Shown: positions 19,883-30,716, counted from the first letter of the stretch. The stretch: 64,000 nt of DNA from Nibricoccus sp. (GCA_047602425.1 JASGHG010000001.1:2944001-3008000), one strand, 5' to 3'. Translations and numbers: made by a program. Notes: generated by a model not told the origin, from the letters alone.

Positions 19883-22800
19883 ATGAAAACAAAGATTTTT
19901 GCCGCGTTTGCCTTATTGGTGCTCCTTGGGGCCATCGTAGTTGTTCGCCGACCCGTCGCGGAGATGGCGGTTGGGAAAAATCCAGCCGCAGCGCCGCATG
20001 CTTCCGAAACGCCGCCGGGGCTGCCCGGTGATCAAGACCGCAGCGGCTCCGCGACGACGACGGCCGAAAAAATGAGCGGCGAGCAAGCGAAGGGTGCGGT
20101 TGCCCCTACTCACACCGCCGCAGTGCCGAGTCTGAGCTTGGAGGCGGAAAAAGCATTGCTGGCGAAAATCCCTGAAGGGGACTTGCGAACGGATTTGTTG
20201 AAACTGCGGCCCGAAGTTCGCAGCCGCGTGCTTGCGCGCATCGATGAACAACAGATCCCGAAGGAGGATTTCGTGTCGTTGCGGGTTTCGGCCGAGGGCG
20301 ATCTTTTTTATGTGTGCGTCTTGAAACCCCAGGCCGAGGCTCAAGGCTCGGCGTCGGTGCACGAGGACAATGAAGTTGTGACGCGTGCCGACACGGGTGG
20401 GCTTGAACAAGCGCCCGTTCTGATCGCGAATCCTCCGGCCCGCCATTCGCGTCCCGGTGCGACCAAGGTGCTCTATCTCGACTTCAACGGCCATACGATC
20501 ACCGGCACGGCGTGGAATTCTGGCGGCAACACCCTCGTAGCGCGACCGTTCGACACGGATGGCGACGAATCGACTTTCAGCGATGCCGAACAAACGCTCA
20601 TTATCCAAGTGTGGGAACGCGTGGCGGAGGATTTCGCGCCATTTGACGTCGATGTGACGACCGAGGAACCTGCTACTTTCACCAGCACGACCGGTCGGGC
20701 GCTCATTACGCGCAACGTCGATGCCAACGGCGTCGACATGCCCTCGACTTCAGCGGGCGGCGTGGCCTACCTCAGTGTTTTCGGCAATTCCAACTACGCC
20801 ACTTACTCTTCGCCTGCGTTGGTCTATTTCAACAACCTTGGCAGTTCCGCTAGCAACATCGCCGAAGCGTCCTCGCACGAGTTGGGTCACAACCTTGGCC
20901 TCAGCCATGACGGAACGACCAGTGGTTCGACCTATTACGGCGGCCATGGTTCGGGCGATACGTCGTGGGGCCCGATCATGGGCACGGGTTATGGAAAAAA
21001 CGTTTCGCAGTGGTCGAAGGGGGAATATTACCTCGCGAACAACACGCAGGACGACCTCAGTATTATCGCGGCGCGGCTGACCTTGCGGGCCGACGATGTC
21101 GGCAACTCCACCGGTACCGCGTCGCCCTTGGTGGTTACAGCCGGTTCGTTTAGCGGCTCGGGCCGTTTGCATGCGTCGAGCGATGTCGACGTGTTTTCCG
21201 TCACGCTGGATGCGGGCACGCTCAATCTTTCCGCCATCGGTTACCGGGCGTCCAGCAGCACGCAGGGCGGCAACACCGATCTCAAACTGGAGCTGCTCGA
21301 CGCCGGAGGCGCTGTCATCGCTTCCGACGATTCGGCTTCCACCACGAAATGCTCTCTGCCGATCACCATTGGTGCGGGTAACTATTTTATTCGCATTTCC
21401 GCCTCTCAAACCGGGGCGCCGCTTATCGCTTCGCCCACGGGCTACACGAGCTACGGCTGTCTCGGTCAATACACGATCAGCGGAACCGTCACGACGACCA
21501 CCAACATCGCTCCCGCCTTTACGACCCAGCCGGCGACGCAGTCCGTGGTCAATGGCACCGGCGCCACCTTTACAGCTGCCGCTGTCGGCAATCCCGCGCC
21601 CACTTATCAGTGGTATTTCAAAGGTGCTGCGATCAGCGGTGCAACTGGCACGTCCTACACTCTGGCAACCACCAGCTCGACGAATACGGGAAACTACCAC
21701 GTCGTTGCCACCAATGCCGCGGGCACGGCCACGAGCGCGTCGGCCTATCTCACCGTGCAATACGCGACGGCGATCACGAGCCAGCCGGCCAGCATTTCGA
21801 TTCCCAGCACCACCTCCACTACGCTCAGTGTGACGGCTACTGGTGTGCCCACCCCAACCTATCAATGGTACCAAGGCGCCAGCGGTACGACGACGACTCC
21901 AATTTCCGGCGCAACTTCCGCCAGCTTCTCGACACCTTCGCTCACCGCCACGACTTCTTACTGGGTGCGCGTGACGAACCTTCTTGCCACGGTCGACAGC
22001 AACACCGCCACGGTGACCGTTGTTCCCAACGTCGCACCGGCGATCACGACGCAGCCCGTTTCGCAAACCGCCATCGCCGGCAACAATGCGACGTTGAGCG
22101 TGGTGGCGACCGGTACCCCGGCGCCGACCTATCAATGGTTTTTCAATGGCGCGTCGATCGCCAACGCCACCGGTTCCAGTTACACCCTTGCCCCCGTCGC
22201 ACCTTCCAATGCGGGCAATTACTACGTCCGCGTCAGCAATCTCGCCGGCAATGTGAACAGCAATACCGTCGCGCTCACCGTGAATGTTGTTCCGACCATC
22301 ACGGCCCAGCCCGCCAGCACCTCAATCCTCAGTGGAGCGACGGCTACACTTAACGTTACCGCCAGTGGCACACCAACTCCTACCTACCAATGGTATCAGG
22401 GCGCCAGCGGTGTCACCACCACGCCCGTTTCCGGTGCGACCTCGGCCCTGTTGACCACGCCGGCGCTTACGGCGACGACGTCTTACTGGGTGCGCGTCAG
22501 CAACGCTGCCGGCACTGCCGACAGTAACACCGCCATCGTCACGATCACCGCTGCTCTCCAACCACCGGTTATCACCAGTGCGACGCAGGCCGGCGCAGCA
22601 GTGGGAGAACCGTTCAGCTACACCATTGCCGCCACCAATTTCCCTTCTGGCTTTGCTGCCCCGGCCCTTCCTGCGGGTCTCTCGCTCAACACCATTACCG
22701 GTGTCATCACTGGTACGCCCACTGCAGCGGGCATCAACAGCGTGACGCTTAGCGCGACCAACGCGGCCGGCAGCGGCAATGCCACGCTTTCGCTCTCGGT

Positions 22801-24277
22801 GTTGCCCGCGACGACCATCACGACCTTTGCCGGCGTGCTGGGCGGCAGCGGTTCAACCAATTCCACGACGCCTACTCTGGCCAGGTTCAACGCTCCTTAC
22901 GGCATTGCGAGCGATTCCACCGGAAACATCTATATTGCCGATTCTCTCAACAACCAGATTCGCAAAGTCGCCCTTTCCGGCGCGGTGACCACCTTTGCTG
23001 GCGCCACGACTTCGGGTGTGGTTGACGGCACGGGCACCAACGCCCGGTTCAACAACCCTCGCGGCGTGGCCCTCGATGCCAACGGAAACGTTTACGTTGC
23101 CGACACCAACAATTCTACGATTCGCAGCATTACTCCTGCCGGCGTGTCCTCTCATTTTGCGGGCGCGGCCAGCATGGTCGGCTCGACCGACGGCACGGGA
23201 CTCAACGCGCGTTTCAACCTGCCCACCGCCATCGCGGTGGATGGCGCCGGCAACCTTTACGTGGCTGACACCGGTAACCACACGATTCGAAAGATTACTC
23301 CGGCGCGCGAGGTGACCACCTTGGCGGGCCTGGCTGGTTCGTCAGGCATGTCCGACGGCACGGGCACGGCGGCCCGCTTCAATTCTCCGAATGCGGTTGC
23401 CGTCGACAGCGCGGGTAATGTTTACGTGGCGGACTCTGGCAATCACACAATCCGAAAAGTAACGTCGGCGGGCGTTGTGACCACCCTGGCTGGGACTGCT
23501 GGCACGGCGGGAACGGCCGACGGCGTGGGCACGAGCGTGCAGTTCAATTCGCCTTCAGGTCTGGCGCTCGACACCGCTGGCGGGCTCTATGTTTCGGATA
23601 CGTCGAACCATACGCTAAGACTAGTGAAGATCTCGAACGGCCTGGTTGTCACGGTGGCTGGCGCCGTCGGAACTTCCGGCGCGGTCGATGGCAGCGGCGC
23701 CACCGTGCGATTTAACCGTCCATGTGGGTTGGTGGTGGATACCGACGGGTATCTCTTCGTTGCGGATAACAGCAACCACGGCATCCGTGTGACCAGCCGC
23801 AGTCCGTCGATCACCCTGCAACCTCTCAGTCAGTCTGTCACGGCTGGCACGACCGTCACGTTCACCGCCGCGGTGCTCGGGCACCCGACGCCCACTTTGC
23901 AATGGTACAAGGATAACATGGCCTTCACAGGCCCGACTTCGGCCACGCTCACCCTGACCAACGTGCAATCGACAAATGCCGGCGCTTACAAGCTCGTTGC
24001 GACAAACAATATGGGTAGTGCCACCAGCGATACCGTCATGTTGACGGTCACCGGCTCCAGCAGCTCATCTTCGTCCAGTAGCAGCAGCAGTTCCTCGTCG
24101 AGCAGTTCGTCTTCTTCCAGTTCATCGAGCAGTAGCAGCTCCAGTTCGTCGTCGGGTGCCACCGGTTCAGGCTCGTCGTCTGGTGGTGGGGGAGGTGGCG
24201 GAGGCGGGGCGCCCGGCGCGGGTTTCTTCATGGCGCTTGCCCTGTTGGCCACCCTTCGTCGGACGATTCGGCGGTAG
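19883..24277 (+). CDS. Large surface zinc metalloprotease (metzincin) with PPC, Ig-like and NHL repeats, Ser/Gly linker and C-terminal membrane anchor
   Basis: HELGHNLGLSH; PIMG Met-turn; repeated PTYQWY Ig units; NxYVADTxNHTIRK NHL repeats; GGGGGAPGAGFFMALALLATLRRTIRR. Confidence 0.85.
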   Translation: MKTKIFAAFALLVLLGAIVVVRRPVAEMAVGKNPAAAPHASETPPGLPGDQDRSGSATTTAEKMSGEQAKGAVAPTHTAAVPSLSLEAEKALLAKIPEGDLRTDLLKLRPEVRSRVLARIDEQQIPKEDFVSLRVSAEGDLFYVCVLKPQAEAQGSASVHEDNEVVTRADTGGLEQAPVLIANPPARHSRPGATKVLYLDFNGHTITGTAWNSGGNTLVARPFDTDGDESTFSDAEQTLIIQVWERVAEDFAPFDVDVTTEEPATFTSTTGRALITRNVDANGVDMPSTSAGGVAYLSVFGNSNYATYSSPALVYFNNLGSSASNIAEASSHELGHNLGLSHDGTTSGSTYYGGHGSGDTSWGPIMGTGYGKNVSQWSKGEYYLANNTQDDLSIIAARLTLRADDVGNSTGTASPLVVTAGSFSGSGRLHASSDVDVFSVTLDAGTLNLSAIGYRASSSTQGGNTDLKLELLDAGGAVIASDDSASTTKCSLPITIGAGNYFIRISASQTGAPLIASPTGYTSYGCLGQYTISGTVTTTTNIAPAFTTQPATQSVVNGTGATFTAAAVGNPAPTYQWYFKGAAISGATGTSYTLATTSSTNTGNYHVVATNAAGTATSASAYLTVQYATAITSQPASISIPSTTSTTLSVTATGVPTPTYQWYQGASGTTTTPISGATSASFSTPSLTATTSYWVRVTNLLATVDSNTATVTVVPNVAPAITTQPVSQTAIAGNNATLSVVATGTPAPTYQWFFNGASIANATGSSYTLAPVAPSNAGNYYVRVSNLAGNVNSNTVALTVNVVPTITAQPASTSILSGATATLNVTASGTPTPTYQWYQGASGVTTTPVSGATSALLTTPALTATTSYWVRVSNAAGTADSNTAIVTITAALQPPVITSATQAGAAVGEPFSYTIAATNFPSGFAAPALPAGLSLNTITGVITGTPTAAGINSVTLSATNAAGSGNATLSLSVLPATTITTFAGVLGGSGSTNSTTPTLARFNAPYGIASDSTGNIYIADSLNNQIRKVALSGAVTTFAGATTSGVVDGTGTNARFNNPRGVALDANGNVYVADTNNSTIRSITPAGVSSHFAGAASMVGSTDGTGLNARFNLPTAIAVDGAGNLYVADTGNHTIRKITPAREVTTLAGLAGSSGMSDGTGTAARFNSPNAVAVDSAGNVYVADSGNHTIRKVTSAGVVTTLAGTAGTAGTADGVGTSVQFNSPSGLALDTAGGLYVSDTSNHTLRLVKISNGLVVTVAGAVGTSGAVDGSGATVRFNRPCGLVVDTDGYLFVADNSNHGIRVTSRSPSITLQPLSQSVTAGTTVTFTAAVLGHPTPTLQWYKDNMAFTGPTSATLTLTNVQSTNAGAYKLVATNNMGSATSDTVMLTVTGSSSSSSSSSSSSSSSSSSSSSSSSSSSSSSSSSGATGSGSSSGGGGGGGGGAPGAGFFMALALLATLRRTIRR

Positions 24278-24418
24278 CGAAGCGCGGTTCCGCGCTCCTG
24301 CTTGATAATACCTCTCTGTTCAACAACGTGAACAGAGGGAAACTTGGCTCGTGCCCGCAACGTCGTCAGAAAAGCCAGTTCCCGTGTTTTTCACACCAGC
24401 CCCGATCGACTGACCACC

Positions 24419-25831
24419 ATGCCTACCCGATATTTTTGTGTCTTAGCACTCTTTTTGGCCGCCGCCATTCCCTTCACCGCCACGGCAAAACCAGTGGGCT
24501 GGGAATCCATGCCCGCCATCCTCGCCCGCATCAAGGCTCCGGAATTTCCGTCGCGCGATTTCGAAATCACAAAATACGGCGCGGTCGCGGGTGGCGCCGA
24601 TTGCACCGATGCGATCAAGCAGGCCATCGCTGCCTGCAACAAGGCGGGCGGCGGTCGCGTGGTTGTGCCCGCGGGCGTCTGGCACACCGGCGCCGTTCAC
24701 CTCCTGAGCAACGTCAACCTCCACATTAGCGAAGGCGCCACGCTTAAATTTTTTCCCGATCAGACCAAATACCTGCCCAACGTGCTCACGCGCATTGGCG
24801 GTATCGAGTGTTTCAACTACTCGCCTCTCATCTACGCGTTCGAACAGGAAAACATCGCGCTCACCGGCAAGGGGATCATCGACGGCGGCGCCTCGTGGGA
24901 GAAAGGCGGCTGGTGGGAATGGACCAAACGCGGCAAGCTCGCCAAGGAAGGCCAGGCCAGCGGCGACCGCATCATGGAGATGGAGGAGAAACAAATTCCC
25001 GTTGCCCAGCGCATCTTTGGCGAAGGTCACTATCATCGCCCGAATTTCGTCCAACCTTTCCGCTGCAAAAACGTCCTCATCGAAGGCGTCACAATCCACA
25101 ACTCGCCCAACTGGGAAATCCATCCCGTCTATTGCACCAACGTCACCGTCCGCGGACTCACGATCGACACCCACGGCCCGAACAATGATGGCATCGATCC
25201 CGATTCGTGCCGCGACGTGCTGATCGAAAACTGCTCCATCGACACCGGTGACGACTGCATCGCGATCAAGTCCGGCATCAACGACGACGGTCGCCGCGTC
25301 GGCCTCCCTTCGGAAAACCTCATCATCCGCAACTGTGTGATGAAGGACGGCCATGGCGGCGTCGTGCTCGGCAGCGAAGTGGCCGGCAGCGTGCGCAATG
25401 TCTTCGTCGAAAACTGCAAAATGGACAGCCCGCACCTCGACCGCGCGCTGCGCTTTAAGTCCAACGCCCGCCGCGGCGGCGTGCTCGAAAACGTTTTCCT
25501 GCGCAACATCGAGATCGGCCGCGTCGCCGAGGCGATTGTCACCGTCGACTTCCTCTACGCCGAAGGCGCGAAAGGTCCGCACAAGCCCGTCGTGCGCAAC
25601 GTCCGCCTCGAAAATGTCACCAGCAAGTCCAGTCCGCGTGTGTTGTACGTGATCGGCTTCCCCGGCGCGATTGTCGATGACGTCGAGTTCGTGAACTGCA
25701 CATTCCGCGGCGTCGAAACCGCCGAAGTCGTGATGAACTCCGCCAACTTCTCTTTCCGCAACACGACCATCGAACCAGCGAAGCTGCCGAAGGCACTCAA
25801 CTCGCCCAAGGTCGAACCGGCGAAAGAGTAA
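24419..25831 (+). CDS. Glycoside hydrolase family 28 (polygalacturonase-like)
   Basis: NNDGIDPD; TGDDCIAIKSG; GHGGVVLGSE; LRFKS; signal peptide. Confidence 0.92.
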   Translation: MPTRYFCVLALFLAAAIPFTATAKPVGWESMPAILARIKAPEFPSRDFEITKYGAVAGGADCTDAIKQAIAACNKAGGGRVVVPAGVWHTGAVHLLSNVNLHISEGATLKFFPDQTKYLPNVLTRIGGIECFNYSPLIYAFEQENIALTGKGIIDGGASWEKGGWWEWTKRGKLAKEGQASGDRIMEMEEKQIPVAQRIFGEGHYHRPNFVQPFRCKNVLIEGVTIHNSPNWEIHPVYCTNVTVRGLTIDTHGPNNDGIDPDSCRDVLIENCSIDTGDDCIAIKSGINDDGRRVGLPSENLIIRNCVMKDGHGGVVLGSEVAGSVRNVFVENCKMDSPHLDRALRFKSNARRGGVLENVFLRNIEIGRVAEAIVTVDFLYAEGAKGPHKPVVRNVRLENVTSKSSPRVLYVIGFPGAIVDDVEFVNCTFRGVETAEVVMNSANFSFRNTTIEPAKLPKALNSPKVEPAKE

Positions 25832-25999
25832 TCGCAAGTCGAACGCGGGGAGAAATTCAATTTCCCGAGCGTGACGGCTTGTCGCGCTCTGTGACGCCCC
25901 CAGGTTCAGCTCGGCACACAGGGATTTTGGCATGCGAATCCTGCCAAGGGAAGCACCTAGGTTTCCATTTGGAACATTCCATGCAAGAATGTGGGCACC

Positions 26000-28582
26000 A
26001 TGGACCCGCAAAAGCTCACCGTCATGTCCCGTCAGGCTGTCACCGATGCGCAAAACGAAGCGCGCCGCCGCCAGCACAACGAGGTCGACACCTGGCATCT
26101 GCTGCACGCGCTGCTCACGCAGGAAAACGGACTCGTGCCGGCCCTCGTTGAGAAATTGGGCCTAACCACCAGCGCGCTCCAACTCGCCGTCGATCGCGAG
26201 CTCGATCGTCTGCCGCGCGTTTCGGGCAGCGTCGATGTTTCCAAAATCTACGTCACGCAGGCCGTGCAGGAAGTGCTCACCCGCGCCGAGAAAGAAGCCG
26301 AGAAACTCAAGGACGAGTTCGTGAGCGTCGAACATCTTTTCCTCGGCCTCATCGACGTCGCCAAGCCCGATGCGCTGGCGAAACTTTTCAAAAGCTTTGG
26401 CCTCGATCGTGCAAAAACTCTGAACGTGCTCCGCGAAATGCGCGGTGCCCAACGCGTCACCACCGACAATCCCGAAGCGACTTACCAGGCGCTCGAAAAA
26501 TACGGCATCGACCTCGTCGCCCTCGCGAAAAAGGGCAAGATGGACCCGGTGATCGGCCGTGACGACGAGATCCGCCGCACGATCCGCATTCTTTCCCGTA
26601 AAACAAAAAACAATCCTGTGCTCATCGGTGAACCCGGCGTCGGCAAGACTGCCATCGTTGAAGGGCTCGCGCAGCGTATTCTCCGCGGCGACGTGCCGGA
26701 GGGGCTGAAGGACAAAACTATTTTCGCGCTCGATATGGGCGCGCTGCTCGCGGGCGCGAAGTTCCGCGGCGAATTCGAAGAGCGTCTCAAAGCCGTGCTC
26801 AAGGAAATCAAGGAGAGCGACGGACGCATCCTGCTTTTCATTGACGAACTCCACACCATCGTCGGCGCGGGCAAAGCCGAGGGCGCGATGGACGCCGGTA
26901 ATCTGCTCAAGCCCATGCTCGCCCGCGGTGAGTTGCACTGTATCGGCGCGACCACGCTCGACGAGTACCGCAAGCACATCGAAAAAGACGCCGCACTCGA
27001 ACGTCGTTTCCAACCCGTGTTGGTCGAGCCGCCGAGCGTCGAGGACGCCGTCTCGATTTTGCGCGGCCTGAAAGAACGCTTCGAATTGCACCACGGCGTC
27101 CGCATTCAGGACAACGCGCTCGTGAGCGCCGTGACGCTTTCGAACCGCTACATTTCCGATCGGTTCCTGCCCGACAAGGCGATCGACCTTGTTGACGAAG
27201 CCTGCGCGATGATTCGCACCGAAATGGATTCCGCGCCGCAGGAACTCGACGCGCTCCAGCGCCGCGTGCTCCAGCTCGAAATCGAGGAAGCCGCGCTCAA
27301 ACTGGAAAAAGACGAAGCCTCCAAACGGCGTCTCGCCACGCTGCGTAGTGAATTAACCGATACACGCGGACAGACTGCCGCGCTCAAGGCCAAATGGGAG
27401 AAGGAAAAAGCCGCGGTCAACCGCGTGCGCAAGGTCCGTGAGGAACTTGAGGCGGCGCGTCTCGAAATGGAAAAAGCCGAACGCGCCTACGACCTCAGCA
27501 AGCTTGCCGAACTGCGACACGGAAAAATCCCGAACCTTGAGGCCGAGCTAAAGAAACTCGAAAAAACCGAGGCCAAAACCGAACTCTTCAAGGAAGAGGT
27601 TTCCGCCGAGGAGATCGCCGAGGTCGTTGCGAAGTGGAGTGGCGTGCCGGTCACGCGTTTGATCGAGAGCGAAAAAGAAAAACTTCTGCGCCTCGGCGAC
27701 GTGCTGCACGCCCGCGTGATCGGTCAGGATGAAGCCGTGCAACTCACGAGCGAAGCGATTCTGCGTGCGCGCGCAGGCATCAAGGACCCACGCCGTCCCG
27801 TCGGTAGTTTCCTTTTCCTCGGTCCGACCGGCGTGGGCAAAACCGAACTCGCCAAGACGCTCGCCGAAACCCTTTTCGACAGCGAAGCCGCGATGATCCG
27901 CATCGACATGTCGGAATACATGGAAAAGCACAGCGTGGCTCGTCTGATCGGCGCACCTCCGGGTTATGTTGGTTACGACGAGGGCGGCCAGCTCACCGAG
28001 GCCGTGCGTCGCAAGCCCTACGCGGTTGTGCTTTTCGACGAAATCGAAAAGGCACATCCCGATGTATTCAACGTCCTGTTACAAGTCCTCGACGACGGGC
28101 ACATCACCGATTCGCAGGGACGCACGGTCGATTTTAAAAACACGATCATCATCATGACGTCGAATCTCGGCTCGCGCTTTTTGCTCGAAGGCGTCAGCGG
28201 CGACACGATTTCGGAAAGCGTGCGCGAGAGTGTGATGAGCGAATTGCGCCGTGCGTTTCGCCCGGAGTTCCTCAACCGCATCGATGAGACAATTCTGTTC
28301 AAGCCGCTCACGCTCGAAGAAATCACGAAAATCGTGGACCTGCTCGTGGCCGATTTGAACAAACGCCTCGCCGATCGTCGCGTGACCGTGTCGCTCGACG
28401 CGAAAGCGAAAGAGTGGGCCGCCGAAAAAGGCTACGATCCGGTCTTCGGCGCGCGTCCGCTGAAACGTTTTCTCCAGCGACAAATCGAGACGAAGCTGGC
28501 CCGCGCACTTGTCGCCGGCGAAATCGCCGAAGGCAGTGCCGTAAAGTTCAACGTCAAGGAGGACGAACTCACCATGAAGTGA
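26000..28582 (+). CDS. clpB: Chaperone ClpB
   Basis: Two AAA modules ([16 protein letters not shown]), long coiled-coil M domain, GARPLKR. Confidence 0.97.
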   Translation: MDPQKLTVMSRQAVTDAQNEARRRQHNEVDTWHLLHALLTQENGLVPALVEKLGLTTSALQLAVDRELDRLPRVSGSVDVSKIYVTQAVQEVLTRAEKEAEKLKDEFVSVEHLFLGLIDVAKPDALAKLFKSFGLDRAKTLNVLREMRGAQRVTTDNPEATYQALEKYGIDLVALAKKGKMDPVIGRDDEIRRTIRILSRKTKNNPVLIGEPGVGKTAIVEGLAQRILRGDVPEGLKDKTIFALDMGALLAGAKFRGEFEERLKAVLKEIKESDGRILLFIDELHTIVGAGKAEGAMDAGNLLKPMLARGELHCIGATTLDEYRKHIEKDAALERRFQPVLVEPPSVEDAVSILRGLKERFELHHGVRIQDNALVSAVTLSNRYISDRFLPDKAIDLVDEACAMIRTEMDSAPQELDALQRRVLQLEIEEAALKLEKDEASKRRLATLRSELTDTRGQTAALKAKWEKEKAAVNRVRKVREELEAARLEMEKAERAYDLSKLAELRHGKIPNLEAELKKLEKTEAKTELFKEEVSAEEIAEVVAKWSGVPVTRLIESEKEKLLRLGDVLHARVIGQDEAVQLTSEAILRARAGIKDPRRPVGSFLFLGPTGVGKTELAKTLAETLFDSEAAMIRIDMSEYMEKHSVARLIGAPPGYVGYDEGGQLTEAVRRKPYAVVLFDEIEKAHPDVFNVLLQVLDDGHITDSQGRTVDFKNTIIIMTSNLGSRFLLEGVSGDTISESVRESVMSELRRAFRPEFLNRIDETILFKPLTLEEITKIVDLLVADLNKRLADRRVTVSLDAKAKEWAAEKGYDPVFGARPLKRFLQRQIETKLARALVAGEIAEGSAVKFNVKEDELTMK

Positions 28583-28605
28583 TCAGACGCTTGCTTTGCG
28601 TCGCC

Positions 28606-28636
28606 GGAACTTCAGTGCCTTGGGCACTGAAGTTTC
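28606..28636 (+). terminator. Hairpin downstream of clpB
   Basis: GGAACTTCAGTGCC / GGCACTGAAGTTTC stem. Confidence 0.55.
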
Positions 28637-28678
28637 TGCTTTGCGCTCCGCGGGATTTGCGCGAACGTGTGCATTCTC

Positions 28679-29600
28679 ATGCCTGCCGTACCGATCCAAT
28701 TCTACAATCGCTACACCAAATCGCTCGAGACCGAGGCCGTCTACGGCGAGGCCTGGCTGCGCTTTGCGTACGAAAATCCCGCGGGTCGTCTGATGGTGTG
28801 GGCGTTTGCCCAGCGGGCCTTGTTCTCGCGATACTTTGGATGGCGAATGGGCCGGCAATACAGCCAGTTCAAGGTTCTGCCGTTCATCGTTAAGTATAAT
28901 CTCGATGTGGAGGAATTTGCGAAGAAGGCCTACGATTACGCGACCTTCAATGAATTTTTCACCCGCGCGTTGAAAAAGGGAGCGCGTCCCATAGCCGAAG
29001 GCGATCGCGTGGCGGTTTTTCCCGCCGACGGACGGCATTTGGCCTTTCCGAATATTGACCTCGCGGAAGGCTTTTACGTGAAGGGCGCAAAGTTTAGCCT
29101 TGCCGAGTTGTTCGGTGAAGAAAGCTTGCCGCAGGATCAGCAAGTTCTAACCCTGAAATATGCCGGTGGGGCGATGGTGATTTCGCGGCTGTGTCCGGTG
29201 GATTATCACCGTTTTCATTTCCCCTGTGCCGGTGTGCCCGGCGAGCCGCGGCTGATCGACGGACCGCTTTTTTCGGTCAGCCCGATCGCGCTGCGCCGCA
29301 AAATCAATTATCTGGTGCGCAACAAGCGCAAACTGACCGAGCTGGAATCGCCGGTTTTTGGCTCTGTGGCTTGTTTCGAAGTGGGTGCGACGAATGTCGG
29401 CAGCATTGTGCACACATTTGTGCCGGGCCGGTCCGGTGGCGAAGGGCGCGGAAAAGGGCCTGTTTAAATTTGGCGGTTCCTGCACGATCACCCTGTTCCA
29501 GGCCGGGCGCATCCGTTTCGACGAGGATGTGGTTGCGCAAAGTCGCGAGTGCATCGAGACCTACGCGCGCATGGGCGACCGGATGGGCGAGGCGCCGTAA
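28679..29600 (+). pseudogene. psd: Phosphatidylserine decarboxylase with +1 frameshift near 29432 (pseudogene or sequencing error)
   Basis: FNEFFTR, PADG, RLCPVDYHRFHFP, EVGATNVGSI in one frame; KGAEKGLFKFGGSC in the next frame. Confidence 0.85.
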
Positions 29601-29664
29601 ACGGATTTATTTTCTCCGCTTGCCTGAGAACAATCAGGTCGCAAGCTGGGCAACTCCTCAACCC

Positions 29665-29748
29665 GCCCGGGTGGTGGAATGGCAGACACGAAGGTCTTAG
29701 AAGCCTTTGCCGTAAGGTGTGCAGGTTCGAGTCCTGTCCCGGGCACCA
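29665..29748 (+). tRNA. tRNA-Leu (anticodon TAG)
   Basis: Acceptor GCCCGGG/CCCGGGC, D-loop TGGCAGA, anticodon arm AAGGT-CTTAGAA-GCCTT, long variable arm, GGTTCGAGTCC, encoded CCA. Confidence 0.96.
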
Positions 29749-29769
29749 ATTACGGAGGGAGAGCTATAG

Positions 29770-29985
29770 CTTTGCGTTGATTCTGTCCGCTTTCTGGAAA
29801 TCCCTGAAATAGCCAGCAATAGCTTAAATTAAGTTATGGATCAACGACTTGGGAGAGTGAAAATCCGCGCAGGGCGATTTCGCCTTTGCGTTGATTCTGT
29901 CCACTTCTCACTTTGCGTTTGTGCTTTGTAAGTGGTTGGCCAGCTTGAAAAATCGCCCGAAAAAGTGGACAGAATCAACGCAAAG
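29770..29985. repeat. Left-end putative transposase-binding sites, three copies of CTTTGCGTTGATTCTGTCCRCTT
   Basis: 29770-29792 and 29884-29906 forward; 29963-29985 inverted. Confidence 0.88.
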
Positions 29986-30065
29986 GTCTGCCGATACACA
30001 AACAGTTGTTTTTTACAGAGGTGGCGGATTTGCTCACCGCTTGCAGGTGAGGTGCAAGGGCGTTG

Positions 30066-30716
30066 CTAGCCTGTCTGTAGATGCGATTTTGGATCGGATT
30101 TGCGTAGGTCGTTTTGAGAACGACGTGAAGCGATCTTCCGATTCGCAGGTAATTGTTCGAAGTCTTCAGTTTCCATTTTTGCTACAGCCCAGTTGCCCAA
30201 CATTTTTACCCAAAAAACTTTGGATCGCTCATTCATCTTCACGTTTTTGAGGACGTCTTGGATTGCCTCCATGAGCTGACGGGAAGTCATTTTCTGACAG
30301 AGAAGGGCAACGACGACTGTAATTTGGGTGTTTTCCTCAAGCTCGTTGCCACGTGGTAGCTCATTCGGTTCCTTTCCTCCAGTGATATTCGGCCGGATTT
30401 GTTTTACCCCAGCCATCAGCATTGAGCCGAACATTTCAGGAAGAGTAGAGAGCGCCTCCGCCAAGCTCTTTTCCTTGGGAGGCTGGATTTCTCCTGTTTC
30501 AAGCCAAGTCGAGTCGCACCCTAACGCCTGAGCCAAAGCGGTAATTGTCGGTTTCGAAGTGACATAGTCACGCTCAGATTCCATGCGGCCAATTGCTGCT
30601 GCCGAAAGACCTACTTTTTCCGCAAGCATTCGTTGCGTAAGTTTCTTTTCCTGACGTAGCTCGCGAACACGGTCCCCAACAGTCTGCTTACTGGGTGGTT
30701 TTTTTTGTTGCGTCAT
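30066..30716 (-). CDS. CI-like XRE HTH repressor
   Basis: VGDRVRELRQEKKLTQRMLAEKVGLSAAAIGRMES...LAQALGCDSTWLETG. Confidence 0.88.
   Translation of the reverse strand: MTQQKKPPSKQTVGDRVRELRQEKKLTQRMLAEKVGLSAAAIGRMESERDYVTSKPTITALAQALGCDSTWLETGEIQPPKEKSLAEALSTLPEMFGSMLMAGVKQIRPNITGGKEPNELPRGNELEENTQITVVVALLCQKMTSRQLMEAIQDVLKNVKMNERSKVFWVKMLGNWAVAKMETEDFEQLPANRKIASRRSQNDLRKSDPKSHLQTG

Noticed and set aside
24056..24154. Poly-Ser tract as a phase-variable microsatellite
   Set aside because: Mixed Ser codons with no perfect nucleotide repeat unit.
25937..25957. TTGGCA-N9-TGCCAA upstream of clpB as CIRCE or sigma54 site
   Set aside because: Arm sequence and spacing do not fit TTAGCACTC-N9-GAGTGCTAA, and the GG-to-GC spacing is wrong for sigma54.
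29812..29839. dif-like Xer site in the left end
   Set aside because: Only loose resemblance of TTAAGTTATGG to a XerD arm; no convincing XerC arm.
29770..29985. 23-bp repeats as a CRISPR mini-array (CAST)
   Set aside because: Irregular spacing, one copy inverted, they match the right terminal repeat, and no cas genes are present.
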